This document shows positions 63,568 through 64,000 of a DNA stretch of 64,000 bases, in pieces. The stretch covers positions 163,060,001 to 163,124,000 of the forward strand of contig OX597817.1 in the NCBI GenBank assembly GCA_951406725.2. Direction: 5' to 3'. A model generated the notes under the pieces. The model saw only the letters and a program-made list of their open reading frames with translations, did no database searches and was not told the DNA's origin. The position numbers and the translations under genes were made by a program. This DNA is from Octopus vulgaris. Its lineage: Eukaryota. Position 1 is the first letter of the stretch, and each line of letters starts with the position of its first letter.

Positions 63568-64000
63568 TTAATTTTCTTTCAAATATCATATTCCAGCTTC
63601 TTAATAGAAAAGAAAAAGGGAACAAAAAGAAACGCGGATTTAGATAATACAACTCTTAGATACAAAGAGCCTGAAAAAAAAAATTAAAGATGGAATGTTC
63701 TTGGTTAGATGGCTATTAATCATAGACCTACGAACAAGTTAGATGTGGGGTTAAAAAACACAGACGAGAACAGCAACAATAAAACACCAATAATAACAAT
63801 AATAACTACAAAATCTCTCCTTAATCTCAATTAGCTTAATGTTCTCGTGTGGTTGAATTCTATCAACTACATTTTCAACAGAGTACTTTGTGCAGACCTT
63901 ACGTTTTTCTTTTTCCTTTTTATTTCATATCGAATGGCTTCTGCCGAAACCTATTTGCCGCCTAAATTATTGTTTGCTCAACCACTGACTGTATAAACAA

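Overview
AT-rich, repeat-saturated animal genomic DNA. The tRNA-headed SINE families and very high microsatellite load look like an octopus (coleoid cephalopod) genome; this is inference, not a database result. No intact multi-exon protein-coding gene can be supported, and most listed ORFs are microsatellite or SINE artefacts. The window holds dozens of SINE copies, several in tandem arrays; mariner/Tc1/pogo elements and MITEs; a mariner nested in an internally deleted piggyBac; hAT- and Merlin-like MITEs; four non-autonomous Helitrons; and CR1-, RTE-, R4/Dong- and Penelope-like retroelement fragments. Four things stand out. (1) At least nine type I hammerhead-ribozyme motifs occur in Penelope-like or retrozyme-like elements, including a 564-nt tandem unit bounded by two identical hammerheads (30082/30646) and a hammerhead with a compensatory G3:C8 core (31079-31129). 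(2) A decayed minus-strand reading frame at about 1.3-2.2 kb resembles the capping (PRNTase) domain of a Mononegavirales L protein and may be an endogenous viral element. (3) A 72-bp minisatellite at 23.8-24.8 kb reads as a Gly/Cys/Tyr-rich structural-protein exon in a frame the ORF track missed. (4) A foldback mariner derivative has its terminus amplified into a 146-bp satellite. Coordinates were counted by eye, and element boundaries without TSDs are approximate.
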